Positions 22,515 through 33,060 are shown, counted from the first letter of the stretch. The stretch: DNA of 64,000 nucleotides from Candidatus Thorarchaeota archaeon (GCA_963726195.1 CAVSBO010000003.1:288001-352000), one strand, 5' to 3'. Program-made: numbers and translations. Notes: generated by a model not told the origin, from the letters alone.

Positions 22515-23525
22515 TTGGGGACAGTTCTGAGTATCCAAAACCTGACAGTGGCCTACAAGACCCGAAGAGGAACTGCCTGCGGCGTTAACAATGTGTCACT
22601 CGACCTAGAAGAGAACAAGACGCTTGGACTGGCCGGCGAATCTGGCTGTGGGAAGTCCACTCTTGGCAGGGCAATAATGCGGCTTGTTCCATACCCAGGA
22701 CGGATAACCAGCGGGGACATAATCCTGGACATCGATAGAGAAATCACTTACCCGTCGGGTACAATCAGCAAGGGCTCAACAAACCTCATGGATCTTACGG
22801 AGGACGAAATGAGAGCCCTTCGCGGCGAGGAAATCGCCTACATATTCCAAGACCCAATGACCTCACTCAACCCTATGAAGACTATCGCCAGTCACTTCTT
22901 AGAACTGATGAAGGCTCATTACCCGACCATGGACAAGGAGACGGCGATTTCACGTGCCGAGGAGATCCTTGAGAGTCTTGGCATTCTGTCCACACGTGTG
23001 AATGACTATCCTCACCAGTTCAGCGGAGGAATGCGTCAGAGAGTCATGATAGGGTTGGGTTTGGCTCTTCGGCCGCGATTGTTGATTGCTGATGAGCCCA
23101 CGACTTCTCTCGACGTGATTGTGGAGGCACAAATCCTTCAGCAAGTAGCTCAACTCAAGGAAAAGTTCAACCTCACAATGATGCTTATCACACACAATCT
23201 GGGTGTACTTGCTCAGACTGCCGACAGCATAGCTATTATGTATGCAGGAAGAATCGTTGAAGTGGCCGACACCCTTTCATTGTTTGAACACCCGCGGCAC
23301 CCATACACTAAGGCTCTCCTCGAGTCTGTGCCTGATGTCACTAAACCCGAGAAGCGTCTCTGCTGCATTCCAGGAGTGCCACCCGACCTCGTACAGCCCA
23401 TTTCTGGTTGTCCGTACGGTCTTAGATGCACACAGGCGATGGAGATATGCTCAAGGGTGGAGCCCTTGCTCGTTCGAACCGACGCCGGGGGACTCGTGGC
23501 CTGCCATGCGTACCAAGGGGATTGA
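22515..23525 (+). CDS. Peptide ABC transporter ATP-binding protein (DppD-like)
   Basis: GESGCGKS, FSGGMRQR, IADEPT, C-terminal Cys-rich oligopeptide domain. Confidence 0.95.
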   Translation: MGTVLSIQNLTVAYKTRRGTACGVNNVSLDLEENKTLGLAGESGCGKSTLGRAIMRLVPYPGRITSGDIILDIDREITYPSGTISKGSTNLMDLTEDEMRALRGEEIAYIFQDPMTSLNPMKTIASHFLELMKAHYPTMDKETAISRAEEILESLGILSTRVNDYPHQFSGGMRQRVMIGLGLALRPRLLIADEPTTSLDVIVEAQILQQVAQLKEKFNLTMMLITHNLGVLAQTADSIAIMYAGRIVEVADTLSLFEHPRHPYTKALLESVPDVTKPEKRLCCIPGVPPDLVQPISGCPYGLRCTQAMEICSRVEPLLVRTDAGGLVACHAYQGD

Positions 23526-23528
23526 TAG

Positions 23529-24506
23529 ATGAAGCTCGTCCAAGTTGATCATGTCAAGAAGTACTTCCCGGTTCAGAAGGGATTCTCTGCCTCTCTCTTT
23601 TCGAAGCAGAAGGAGTACGTAAGAGCAGTGGATGATGTATCGTTCGAAATAGAAAGGGGTGATGTCCTTGGACTTGTCGGCGAGAGCGGATCTGGCAAGA
23701 CAACGATAGGTCGGCTGTGTGTGAGACTGCTGATCCCAACAGAAGGTAAGATCCTGTTTGATGGAAATGATATCTCCACACTGAAAGGTCATGCCATGAG
23801 ACTCATGCGCCGTCGGTTTCAACTCACGTTTCAAGACCCCAGTTCTTCACTAAACCCTCGAATGTCGATTGGCAATGCCATTGCAGACGCTATGAGACTA
23901 CAGGGTCTCAACACGCCAAAAGAAAGAAGAGAGAAAGCGGAGGAGGTACTTGAGAGAGTTGGGCTGTCCCCAGCCCAAACCTTCTATGACAGGCTGCCTC
24001 ACCAGCTAAGCGGTGGACAGAGGCAGAGGGTTGTCTTCGGAAGAGCGATAATCCTGAAGCCCGAGTTTGTTGTGACTGACGAGCCAGTGGCAATGGTTGA
24101 TGTGTCAATTAAAGCCCAGATACTGGACCTTATGATGGACCTGAAGAGAGAGTTCAACCTGACCTACTTGTTCATCTCACATGATCTCGCCACAGCCCGC
24201 CACGTGTGTGACCGTATCGCGGTAATGTACCTTGGTAGGATTGTGGAAATAGCTGATAAGGACCGAATCTACGAAGATCCTCTACACCCATACTCAAAGG
24301 GTCTGATGTCTGCAATACCTGTGCCAGATCCAAGAATCAAGAAACCCGCAGCAATCCCGCAGGGTGAGATTCCCAGTCCAATCAATCCTCCATCAGGATG
24401 TCGTTTCCATCCTAGGTGCCCACAAGCATTCGACAGGTGTCCACTGGAAGAACCTGAACTGCGGGACATCGGAGACGACCGTCAGGTGGCTTGTCACCTT
24501 TACTGA
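23529..24506 (+). CDS. Peptide ABC transporter ATP-binding protein (DppF-like)
   Basis: GESGSGKT, LSGGQRQR, TDEP, GCRFHPRC...VACH. Confidence 0.95.
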   Translation: MKLVQVDHVKKYFPVQKGFSASLFSKQKEYVRAVDDVSFEIERGDVLGLVGESGSGKTTIGRLCVRLLIPTEGKILFDGNDISTLKGHAMRLMRRRFQLTFQDPSSSLNPRMSIGNAIADAMRLQGLNTPKERREKAEEVLERVGLSPAQTFYDRLPHQLSGGQRQRVVFGRAIILKPEFVVTDEPVAMVDVSIKAQILDLMMDLKREFNLTYLFISHDLATARHVCDRIAVMYLGRIVEIADKDRIYEDPLHPYSKGLMSAIPVPDPRIKKPAAIPQGEIPSPINPPSGCRFHPRCPQAFDRCPLEEPELRDIGDDRQVACHLY

Positions 24507-24585
24507 ACTCCGTTGGGGTTAAGCTTGGGTTGTCGCAGTCCAGTCTTGACCCTCACTGATGGCGCCAAAATCCATTGGCAATCAG

Positions 24586-25185
24586 CTACTCATTCTCTTT
24601 CTTGCCCTCGTACTTGTGCAGAGGCAAGAAGGCATGTACTCTCTCCTTGTACCTGAGAAATTCCGCTCCGAATGTCGCTGCAAGAATGCGGGTTTCACGC
24701 CTTGCCGTGATAGCAAGTGAGCTCATCACAAAAACGGACACAGCCACGAGAAGGAGAGAGAGGCACCACGCTAGATGAGCAACCATGGTCAGGAGACTGC
24801 CGACCAGGAACAAGGAAGCCCCAGTGTAGAGAGGGTGTCGAATGTACGAGTAGACCCCTTTCACGATGAGCTTCGTTGACTCCAAGTGATACCCAGCTGG
24901 AGTGTGAGCTGCAGAAAGGTCCCATTTTGCTTTCACAAATAGAAACGTGCCAAGCGAAGTAAGAGCGAGAGCAACTAAATCAGGAATTGAAAGCCACTCG
25001 ATATCAATCAAAACATATGCGTAAACTGATATCAAGAAGAGATAGAAGAGTTGGAAGGCGCGAGTCACTTTTCTGTTTATTAGAGGTACTGCCTTCTTCT
25101 TTCCGCCATCGTCTATGATATCCGCTGTGAGATATGTTAGGAGAACGACAAGCTGGAGTACTTGGAAAAGAACGACCCAGTCCAT
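24586..25185 (-). CDS. Isoprenylcysteine carboxyl methyltransferase / PEMT family membrane protein
   Basis: LIVKGVYSYIRHPLY motif; RETRIL...FGAEFLRY...FLP. Confidence 0.85.
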   Translation of the reverse strand: MDWVVLFQVLQLVVLLTYLTADIIDDGGKKKAVPLINRKVTRAFQLFYLFLISVYAYVLIDIEWLSIPDLVALALTSLGTFLFVKAKWDLSAAHTPAGYHLESTKLIVKGVYSYIRHPLYTGASLFLVGSLLTMVAHLAWCLSLLLVAVSVFVMSSLAITARRETRILAATFGAEFLRYKERVHAFLPLHKYEGKKENE

Positions 25186-25252
25186 GACCCGGTTTGCCTC
25201 CGAAACGTCCGTTGACCAACTCTGGAAGACTCGCTGTTCTTCCTTCCCGACT

Positions 25253-25426
25253 CTAGGGCTTACCTACTGATCCGAAGGCGATACCGATACCAATCGTGAT
25301 TGTGAAGACGCCCACGAACACTATCGACATCATAGACGAGGACACCCAAATGACGGTGGAAAGGATTCCTGCACCTGCAGCGACGAGCAGTGATCCTATC
25401 AAAAGCCGTGCAACCCCTACTGCCAT
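25253..25426 (-). CDS. Small 2-TM hypothetical protein
   Basis: MAVGVARLLIGSLLVAAGAG... two hydrophobic helices; start uncertain. Confidence 0.5.
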   Translation of the reverse strand: MAVGVARLLIGSLLVAAGAGILSTVIWVSSSMMSIVFVGVFTITIGIGIAFGSVGKP

Positions 25427-25653
25427 GCGCTCATTATCAGCTGTCATGAAATCATTAGCAGCTGCGTAGGCTAAAAAACCATTGGCCATTTGAAATGGCC
25501 CAAAGCCAAATCGAGATGGTGTTAGTTCCAAAGGTACCAGAGAGGCTGTATGGCATTTGATCGTCCTCGCAGGCGACAGTCGAGAAGGAAGAGAATGCCG
25601 GGAGACACTGAAAGGATATATGTAGGCTCTCAGACGACTCGTAAGGGATTCTC

Positions 25654-27254
25654 TTGACAGAGTTACGCACAGAGATTTCGCGGGTTACCATCTTCAGGGA
25701 CGGTGCCCGCGTCACTCGGACTGGCAAAATGACTTTGGACTCCGGGACTCAGAAGCTGTTTGTAGCAGGCATCACTGAATACGCACAGGAAGATAGCTTC
25801 AGAGTCAAGGGTTCAGGACCGGCCTCGCTATCAGCCATTGATGTCAGAAGGACAGTCTCAACCTACGAACCGAAAAGCGACTTGAAACCATTGCTTGACG
25901 AGCTCAAGAAGCTCATTTCAGAACGTGAAGCCACTGCCGACGAAATCGCGATATACAGCGGTCGGCTGTCATATCTCGAAGCCATGAATGCGGCGTTCGC
26001 TGGCAACTTCGGTCTACTCTTTGCCGCCAGCGAAGCAGAGATCTCTCAACTGACCGAGATGGACGCGGTCTCTGGCCGAAACACAGTTGAGACCAAAGGA
26101 AAGATTCGCGAGCTCGAGAAGAAGCTGAAAGATATTGATGAGAAAATCGATCTAGTCAAGAAGAATCTCGGAAGAATCGAATCGGAGAAGAAGACAGAGG
26201 GGTTCTACGAGGTCGAGATTACAGTAGATGTAACGAAGAGGGCGCAAGTTGAGCTTGAGGTTACATATCAAGTCTCAAACACTGGATGGCGCCCAAGTTA
26301 TGACCTAGACCTTCTTTCGAGTTCAGCGAAACTGAGGAGAGTCAGCTCTTCTCAACAATCAGACACGCGAACCCTGGGAGAAGGTGAGCCTCACAGTTTC
26401 GACTGCAACTGCGCAGCCGGTCGAGGCAGTCGAAGCCAGTCCACTCTACCTTACAGCATATGACCCCGAAGAGGAACGTCGGAGGATGGCGGGTATGAGA
26501 AAGGAAATGGGAGCTGCCAAGGCGGAGACCCCCTCCTCCACCAATGGCAATGCCATCTCCCGCACCTACGACGTCAATGGCACCCCCCGCTCCGAAACCG
26601 ATGATCTCGGAACAACTGGCACAGGTCTCTGAATTGGCATCAGGCATCTCGGTGTACGAGCTGCCCGGCAAGGTCACTGTGCCTTTCGATAATGACGAAC
26701 ATCCGTTTACCCTTCTCGAAGAGGAACTGAAATCAACGACCATCCATTACTGGTATGCCGATGGCATGTCTGAGCCTGTGGCCCAGGACGAAGTCAGAAA
26801 CGGGGACACAGTCGTTTTGCCCGGGAAGGTCAAAGTCTACGCTGAAGGGGACTACATTGGAGAATCGAGCGTTTCGCAGATTTCGCCCCGCGAGAAGTTC
26901 AAGATTGGAACCCGGGTTGCTTATGACGTGAAGGTAAAGAAGAAGCTCACCGCCCGAGAAGTGGAGAAGGCCGGCATTACCCGCGGCAAGCTGAGAAGAG
27001 CCTACTCCTATCGTCTCGAGATCGAGAATTTCGGAAAGCGGCCCATTCAGATTGAGGTATACGACAGAGTGCCGCATAGTCTCAATCCATCAATTGAAGT
27101 CAAGACCAACTGGGATCAGCTTCAGCCGGAGAGCAATGAGCTCGGTGTCACAAAGTGGACTCTGGCAGTTGAGGCCGCTAAGAAAAAGCTAGTTGACTAC
27201 AGCTATGAAGTATTGTGGGAGCGAGGCATTACAATCACCCCGCCATTGCCATGA
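25654..27254 (+). CDS. DUF4140/DUF4139 (MuiA-like) protein, copy 1 (frameshifts near 26345-26385 and 26520-26545)
   Basis: VTIFRDGARVTR, DSFRVKG, coiled coil, TYQVSNTGWRPSYD, LTVSTA, VLPGKVKVY, C-terminal PPLP. Confidence 0.85.
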
Positions 27255-27264
27255 GGTGACAAAA

Positions 27265-28857
27265 GTGACAACGAATCTGGACACAAAGCCAACGACCGTG
27301 ACTGTGTTTCGAGATGGAGCAAGAGTCACAAGAACCGGCTTGACTCATGCAGCTCTAGGCGAGCAATCCTTTGTCATTTCAGATATAACGGGCTATGCAC
27401 AAGACGACAGCTTCCGTGTCAAGGGCACTGGCTCTGCGGCGCTGAAGGGAATCGATGTCAAGAAGAAGCAATTGACATTCGAACCTGCAGGAAGCCTGAA
27501 AGAGCTAAAGGCGGAGCTCGACAAGATTGAGAGACGAAAGATAACTCTGACAGACCTTATCGTGTACCAAGAGTCCCGCGTTGCCCAACTCGCTTCTATC
27601 AGCAAGCAATTCTATTCCGAGTTCGGCAAGTGGTATGCCGCCAAGGAGTCTAAGATGGATCAGATGACTGCCATGGACAAAGCTTCAATGGAGCTTCTGC
27701 GCGACGCAAAGAAGAAACTCAGAGACTCAAGAGAAGAACTCAAGGAAGTAGAAGCTAAGTACAGTGCAGTCCAATCGAACATCAATAGAGTGCAAGGTGA
27801 GCGTCGCACTGAAACAATCACCGAAGTGACGGTGGCTCTCGAGGTATCCGAGGAGACGGACATACGCTTGGATATCACATACCAGCTCAGCAATGCGGGA
27901 TGGGAACCCAACTACGATATAGACATAGGAGACAAGAAGGCTCGTATCAGAAGAATCGCCATGATTGCGAATCAGAGCATGGAAGACTGGAATGACGTGG
28001 CCCTCACCGTGTCAACGGCATCTGCAAGACCCGTCGAGGCAGTCAAGCCTGAACCATTTTACGTTGATGTCTACCAACCGGTCGTTCTTCGTGCAATGGG
28101 TGCTCCGGGAGGTGGGGCTGGACGACCTATGCCGCGAGAAGCAGCCGAAAAGGATCTCATGTTTGAACAAGAGGCAGAAGAACAAGCACCAGAAGCTGCC
28201 GAGGAAATGGCTCAGCGTTACGCTGAGACCGCGGAATCAATTAGCGGCACGGTCATGTATGAGCTGCCTGGCACAGTGAGCATTCTCTCAACGGTCGAAC
28301 CACACCCCGTCACTCTAACAGAGGAAGCCTTCGAAAGTAAGAGGCTTCATTTCTGGAATGCTTACGCCATGCGAGAGGTGGTAGCTCAGGACGAAATCAC
28401 AAATGGCGACTCTGTCTTGCTCCCGGGACCAACAAAGGTCTATTCTACTGGCGACTTCATCGGTCAGACTTACCTAGGAATGGTGGCGCCCAGAGAGAAG
28501 TTCCGTTTGGGCACGAGAAGTGCGTACGACATCAAGGCGGAGAAGAAGCTTCTAACAAAGGACACAGAAAAGGCTGGCATTTCCAAGGGCAAGAGAAGAC
28601 GCGAGTACAAGTATCGTCTAGCTTTCAAGAACTTCGCAAAGGAGAAGATAGAGGTCAAGGTCGTAGACAGGATTCCGTATAGCAACACAGAGAAGATTAC
28701 TGTATCCCTCCAAACACCTTCCCTTCCTTATGACAAGTCTGAGCTCGGAATCATCGAATGGAATGCAGCCATCGAGCCAGCAAAGGAACTCAACATAGAC
28801 TACGGGTATATAGTTGAGTGGGAGCAGCAAATCGAGATACGGCCGCCTTTGCCATAG
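27265..28857 (+). CDS. DUF4140/DUF4139 (MuiA-like) protein, copy 2
   Basis: Same motifs as copy 1 (VTVFRDGARVTR, AGWEPNYD, NQSMEDW, LLPGP, PPLP); GAGGTG RBS before GTG 27265. Confidence 0.9.
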   Translation: MTTNLDTKPTTVTVFRDGARVTRTGLTHAALGEQSFVISDITGYAQDDSFRVKGTGSAALKGIDVKKKQLTFEPAGSLKELKAELDKIERRKITLTDLIVYQESRVAQLASISKQFYSEFGKWYAAKESKMDQMTAMDKASMELLRDAKKKLRDSREELKEVEAKYSAVQSNINRVQGERRTETITEVTVALEVSEETDIRLDITYQLSNAGWEPNYDIDIGDKKARIRRIAMIANQSMEDWNDVALTVSTASARPVEAVKPEPFYVDVYQPVVLRAMGAPGGGAGRPMPREAAEKDLMFEQEAEEQAPEAAEEMAQRYAETAESISGTVMYELPGTVSILSTVEPHPVTLTEEAFESKRLHFWNAYAMREVVAQDEITNGDSVLLPGPTKVYSTGDFIGQTYLGMVAPREKFRLGTRSAYDIKAEKKLLTKDTEKAGISKGKRRREYKYRLAFKNFAKEKIEVKVVDRIPYSNTEKITVSLQTPSLPYDKSELGIIEWNAAIEPAKELNIDYGYIVEWEQQIEIRPPLP

Positions 28858-28931
28858 CTCTTGATCGCAGATTCGAAGAACCAGCAACAGATAGTAAGAT
28901 ATGAACCTACAACTTGTCAGTACTTCAACTG

Positions 28932-29180
28932 TCAATCAGGATTATCGAGTGGACCGTGTCCTGCGGGATAGACGCTCTGTCTTTTGTACGTCACCCCGCA
29001 CCCGAACGCTATCACGCAGACGCTGACGAGCGCAGCCAAATGCACAACAAGGTTCGCACCACTATTGACAACTAGGTCGCGAATCATCGATGTAAAGATG
29101 AAAATCAAAATGACAAATACAGGCAGCATGATATAATAGTAGGCACAAGGGTAGTCCCTTCTCAAGTCGTGTTCGGTTAT
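28932..29180 (-). CDS. Small 2-TM protein, paralog of 29465..29716 (ATA at the position of the paralog's start codon)
   Basis: Shares DLV-N-GANLVV-LA, FGCGV-Y-R and GPLD-PD with the paralog. Confidence 0.65.
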   Translation of the reverse strand: MTEHDLRRDYPCAYYYIMLPVFVILIFIFTSMIRDLVVNSGANLVVHLAALVSVCVIAFGCGVTYKRQSVYPAGHGPLDNPD

Positions 29181-29309
29181 GCCTTCCCAACCCCTCGTGT
29201 CGTCTACGATCCAAACGAGTGGAGCAAGGACCCATGCCCAGTGACTCGCTCAATTCGCAGGTGGAAATCGTATGCTATTAAGCTCTTGCACTCCCCGAAG
29301 GAATGCATT

Positions 29310-29428
29310 GTACGAGTGTGCCATTTCATCGACTCGGTACACAACTCGTTTCATCGACCTAAGATAGTTATCAACGATGATGCTCTCTTGGGCGAATGGG
29401 CATGCGAAGAGACGTCATCTCATCCGAA
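29310..29428 (-). pseudogene. Decayed copy of the last ~40 codons of the M20 peptidase
   Basis: Reads FG*DDVSSHAHSP-ESIIVDNYLRSMKRVVYRVDEMAH versus VGCGDFFSRVHSPNESIIIDNYLKSMKRIVFLVDEMTH; offset about 534 bp. Confidence 0.85.
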
Positions 29429-29464
29429 GGTCAGCATTTGACCTTCAGCTCGTGACCAAAGCGA

Positions 29465-29716
29465 CTATCTGTCAGGGTCATCGAGTGGACCGCGGACGGC
29501 AGGATTGATGCCCCGTCGGTTGTATCCCACGCCACACCCGAACACCGGGACAGAGTAAAAGACGAACGTAGCCAATAATACGACAAGATTCGCACCAGCA
29601 TTGAACACTAGGTCATAAGCCATTTCTGCGAAGATGAGAATCACGGGAATCAGTATGAGCGCCATGAATGAGTAGTAGAAACGAGGATGCTCTCTTTTCC
29701 CATATCCATTGGTCAC
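29465..29716 (-). CDS. Small 2-TM protein, paralog of 28932..29180
   Basis: GTG start after GGGGTTGTGA; two TM helices; shared motifs with the paralog. Confidence 0.7.
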   Translation of the reverse strand: MTNGYGKREHPRFYYSFMALILIPVILIFAEMAYDLVFNAGANLVVLLATFVFYSVPVFGCGVGYNRRGINPAVRGPLDDPDR

Positions 29717-29843
29717 GTCTCACAACCCCTAGCTTCGCGCACGATTCAGACGAGTCAACCCAAGTCCTGTACCCGGTAACTCTCCCAATCCCATAGCTCA
29801 CTTCGGATGCTATTAAACTCTTGCCACCCCCGAAGCAGTGTGC

Positions 29844-31187
29844 TCACCAATGCGTCATCTCATCAACTAGGAATACAATTCGCTTCATTGACTTCAGGTA
29901 GTTGTCAATGATTATGCTCTCGTTGGGCGAGTGAACACGTGAGAAGAAATCTCCACAGCCAACAGACACCATCGGGACTTTATCCTTGAAAAGATACAGC
30001 GGACCCGACCCCGGTGACGTGATATGTATGTCAGGGTCATGCCCGAATGCTCTTCGGTTCGCTGCCGCGACTACCTTCACAAACGGATGATTGACCGGTA
30101 CCTTGGCCGCAGGGTAACCCTCGTGCCAAAGTATGTTGACTTTCGAGAAGCCGTTCTGATCCAGGTGAAGCCTGAGCTTCCTCAGTATGTCTTCCGGGTC
30201 CATTCCTTCGATGAGCCTGAAATCCACTTTGGCGGAAGCCTTCGCTGGTAGAACGGTTTTGGACCCTTCCCCTTGCCAGCCGCTGTCAAGACCACATATG
30301 TTGCATGTCGGCTTGTTATAGTAAGCCTCTTTTACTTCCATCCCTGACATGCCGTTCAGGAAATCCTCAATTCCGTAGTGTTCTTTGAATACTTGCTCTT
30401 GAAGGTCCATCTTTGTGACTGCCTCGACTTCTGGTGCTGACAGAGGCCTTATGCCGTCATAGAAACCCCGAATCTGAATGCGACCATGCTGGTCTTTGAG
30501 AGACGCAAGAGCGTGTACAAGAGTGTAGGCCGCAGAGGGGAGTACACATGCGTTGGCAGAATGCGCATCATGAGAGAGAAGCTGGCTTTCCAGCTGGACG
30601 TACAATATGCCTTTCAAACCCAGCCAAGCTTCTTGTGTTCCTCCTGGTCCAGAGCCCCCGAATTCCCATATCCCGCCATCAGCTCTCAAAAAAGATGCAT
30701 TGTCACGTACGAACTCTGGAAGGTGGGGGCTACTGATTTCCTCCTCACCCTCCACGAGGAACCTCACGTTGATTGACAGCTCGTGACCGGTTTCCTTGAG
30801 CGCCTTCATCGCCCATATTCGAGTCATGAGGTCACCCTTGTTGTCTGCCACGCCACGGCCAAAGATACGTCCGTTTCGTATCACTGGATTGTAAGGTGGC
30901 GATTCCCAGAGGTCTAGTGGCTCGGCGGGCTGCACATCATAGTGATCATAGAAGAGCAGAGTCCTTCTAGCGCCTGTGTTCAGCTCTCCCGTGACAACTG
31001 GCCAGCCTGATGTCTCATGCATCCGCGTTTCAAGACCTGCTTCGCTCAGCATCCTCTCGGCAAGCTCTGCGGCCTCGGTCATGCCCTCGCCCTTTGCGGC
31101 TACTGAGGGGATACGACAGAGCCTCTTCAGATCCTGAATGGACTTGCCCAAGGTTCTGTCTACATAAGTAATGGCGTCTTCAATCAT
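29844..31187 (-). CDS. M20/M25/M40 family metallopeptidase (dipeptidase-like)
   Basis: HYDVQP, GRGVADNKG, EGEEE, HSPNE. Confidence 0.93.
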   Translation of the reverse strand: MIEDAITYVDRTLGKSIQDLKRLCRIPSVAAKGEGMTEAAELAERMLSEAGLETRMHETSGWPVVTGELNTGARRTLLFYDHYDVQPAEPLDLWESPPYNPVIRNGRIFGRGVADNKGDLMTRIWAMKALKETGHELSINVRFLVEGEEEISSPHLPEFVRDNASFLRADGGIWEFGGSGPGGTQEAWLGLKGILYVQLESQLLSHDAHSANACVLPSAAYTLVHALASLKDQHGRIQIRGFYDGIRPLSAPEVEAVTKMDLQEQVFKEHYGIEDFLNGMSGMEVKEAYYNKPTCNICGLDSGWQGEGSKTVLPAKASAKVDFRLIEGMDPEDILRKLRLHLDQNGFSKVNILWHEGYPAAKVPVNHPFVKVVAAANRRAFGHDPDIHITSPGSGPLYLFKDKVPMVSVGCGDFFSRVHSPNESIIIDNYLKSMKRIVFLVDEMTHW

Positions 31188-31267
31188 GATGCCGCCCGAT
31201 TAGTTGGGTATGAGACCCCAGTCAAATATACTGCGGTCATTCAATTGCGGCTGTCCGAAACACCGAA

Positions 31268-31309
31268 TGAAAGAAAAGAAGTGAGAGGCTAGTCCGGAAG
31301 GGCTAGCCT
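31268..31309 (-). terminator. Hairpin plus U tract downstream of the small Cys/His protein
   Basis: Minus strand AGGCTAGCCC-TTCC-GGACTAGCCT then CTCACTTCTTTTCTTTC. Confidence 0.65.
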
Positions 31310-31378
31310 GCTGCCACTGTTGCTTGTCGCAATGAACATCAGCAACAGCAGTTGCCGGTAAGACCGGTTCCCCAGCTC

Positions 31379-31531
31379 TTAGAGACTAACTGGCCGGCAG
31401 AGGTTATCCTTCTTGTTCGCCGATCTGCCACAGACCTCACAGATGAACTGCGGGTTCTTGACCAACTTTCTCATGTCATCGACGCCATGGTGCTTGGCGT
31501 ACTCGCAAAGATGTTGACTGTGTTCACTCAT
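31379..31531 (-). CDS. 50-aa Cys/His-rich putative metal-binding protein
   Basis: MSEHSQHLCEYAKHH...FICEVCGRSANKKDNLCRP; AGGAGG RBS; own terminator. Confidence 0.8.
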   Translation of the reverse strand: MSEHSQHLCEYAKHHGVDDMRKLVKNPQFICEVCGRSANKKDNLCRPVSL

Positions 31532-31645
31532 GCTTTGTCCTCCTGACAAGCAATCAGATGGAGAGCACGCCGCACTTCTAATAAGGGTTGGCAAATGATA
31601 CCGCTAGATATGCATATATATTGGCTCCGAGGCTGACAGCAATCC

Positions 31646-32917
31646 ATGCAGAACACGCCGGCTACGAGTGATTGGCCGAGGCTTGGGTCGGTATACCGTT
31701 CTGCTTTCTTCTGTAGCTTCGGCTTCTTTGTCGTCTCCTTTCTCATCCCGATCATAGCATATAGCTACATGGGCGCCTCAGGCACAGAGGTCGCCCTTGT
31801 CTTCTCTTTGCTCATATTGGGATCGGCTGTATTCTCTCCTGTTGCCGGTAGGTTTGCAGCAAGAGGATTGAGACGCCAGTGTATTTCTGCAGGAGCAATC
31901 GTGCGTGCTGCTGCCTACCTTGGCATGGCCTCGGCTATTGCGCTTGGCTCACTCAGTAACCTGATTGTGAACAGCCTCTTGTGGGGTCTCGGTGCAGCGT
32001 TCTACCAAGTCGGCAGTGATTCTGAAATATCAGAGATGGTTCTTCGCGAGAATAGAAGTGAGGCATTCGGCCGCAGAGAAGCTGCTAACGGACAAGGAAG
32101 CGTGATTGGAGCTTTTGTCGGGTTCACCGTGTTGGCTTTCTTCGGCATCGGGTCTGTGTTTCTCCTGTACGCAGCCATGAATCTAATTGGAGGTCTAATA
32201 GTTCTGCAGAAGGGGCCATCGCTGGAGCCAAGGGCTGAAAGAGCAAGAAGCAGAGATGCTCAGTTTCTTGTGGGAGCCGGTATACTCGCTTTGGTCTTAG
32301 CGGCATCTCTTGACGCATTCATTACGGCCTTGATGGGACCCTTTGTGGAGCTCTTCATAATCAACATGTTCAATCCTTCACTCGAGATGCTGGCCTTCGT
32401 ATACCTGCCCGGGGGTATTATGTCAGCGATATTGGGCGGATCGATGGGACGGTTGGCCGACAGGAAGAACAGAATCGCCATAGTCTCACTCGCGGTCGTA
32501 GTCAGCTCATCGTCATCTCTCTTGCTTGTGGCAATTCCGTGGATAGTCGCTGCGCTTAGAGCAGTGATACCGCCGCTTGCGGCCTTATCAGAGACCGACC
32601 TGGGACTGATACTCATTGCAGTCCTGTTCACAATTCAGAGTGTGACCGCAGTGCTCGCCTATACCGTAATGTCTGCCATCTTCGGCACCGCCTATGAGGG
32701 TAGAGCAGGCCAAGGCTTCGGGATATTCGAAGGGGCGACAGCCTTCTCTAGGTTTGTAGGACCGATAGCAGGCGGTGTTCTCTGGGACACTGTGAACCCA
32801 ACGGCCCCATTCGTCCTTGTGGGTGTGGCCGGCTATCTCGTGATCCCGGCATACCGTATAGGAATGCGGCGCTTTGAGCAATTCTCGCGCCAGCAAAGCG
32901 AAGGCCGGGTGAACTGA
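31646..32917 (+). CDS. MFS transporter (12 TM)
   Basis: GRFAARGLRR, GRLADRKNR, GPIAGG. Confidence 0.88.
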   Translation: MQNTPATSDWPRLGSVYRSAFFCSFGFFVVSFLIPIIAYSYMGASGTEVALVFSLLILGSAVFSPVAGRFAARGLRRQCISAGAIVRAAAYLGMASAIALGSLSNLIVNSLLWGLGAAFYQVGSDSEISEMVLRENRSEAFGRREAANGQGSVIGAFVGFTVLAFFGIGSVFLLYAAMNLIGGLIVLQKGPSLEPRAERARSRDAQFLVGAGILALVLAASLDAFITALMGPFVELFIINMFNPSLEMLAFVYLPGGIMSAILGGSMGRLADRKNRIAIVSLAVVVSSSSSLLLVAIPWIVAALRAVIPPLAALSETDLGLILIAVLFTIQSVTAVLAYTVMSAIFGTAYEGRAGQGFGIFEGATAFSRFVGPIAGGVLWDTVNPTAPFVLVGVAGYLVIPAYRIGMRRFEQFSRQQSEGRVN

Positions 32918-33060
32918 GTAGTAGCGGACTTGCAGGTCCCCGCCTAGCGAGTGCTTGATCACAAGCTTAGTCACACCGAAATAGGCATCTAGTATTCACT
33001 GCGCAAGAGATATAGCAAAGGTCCAAGACCTGAGTACTAGGTAACTAGAGGTGCGTTAGA

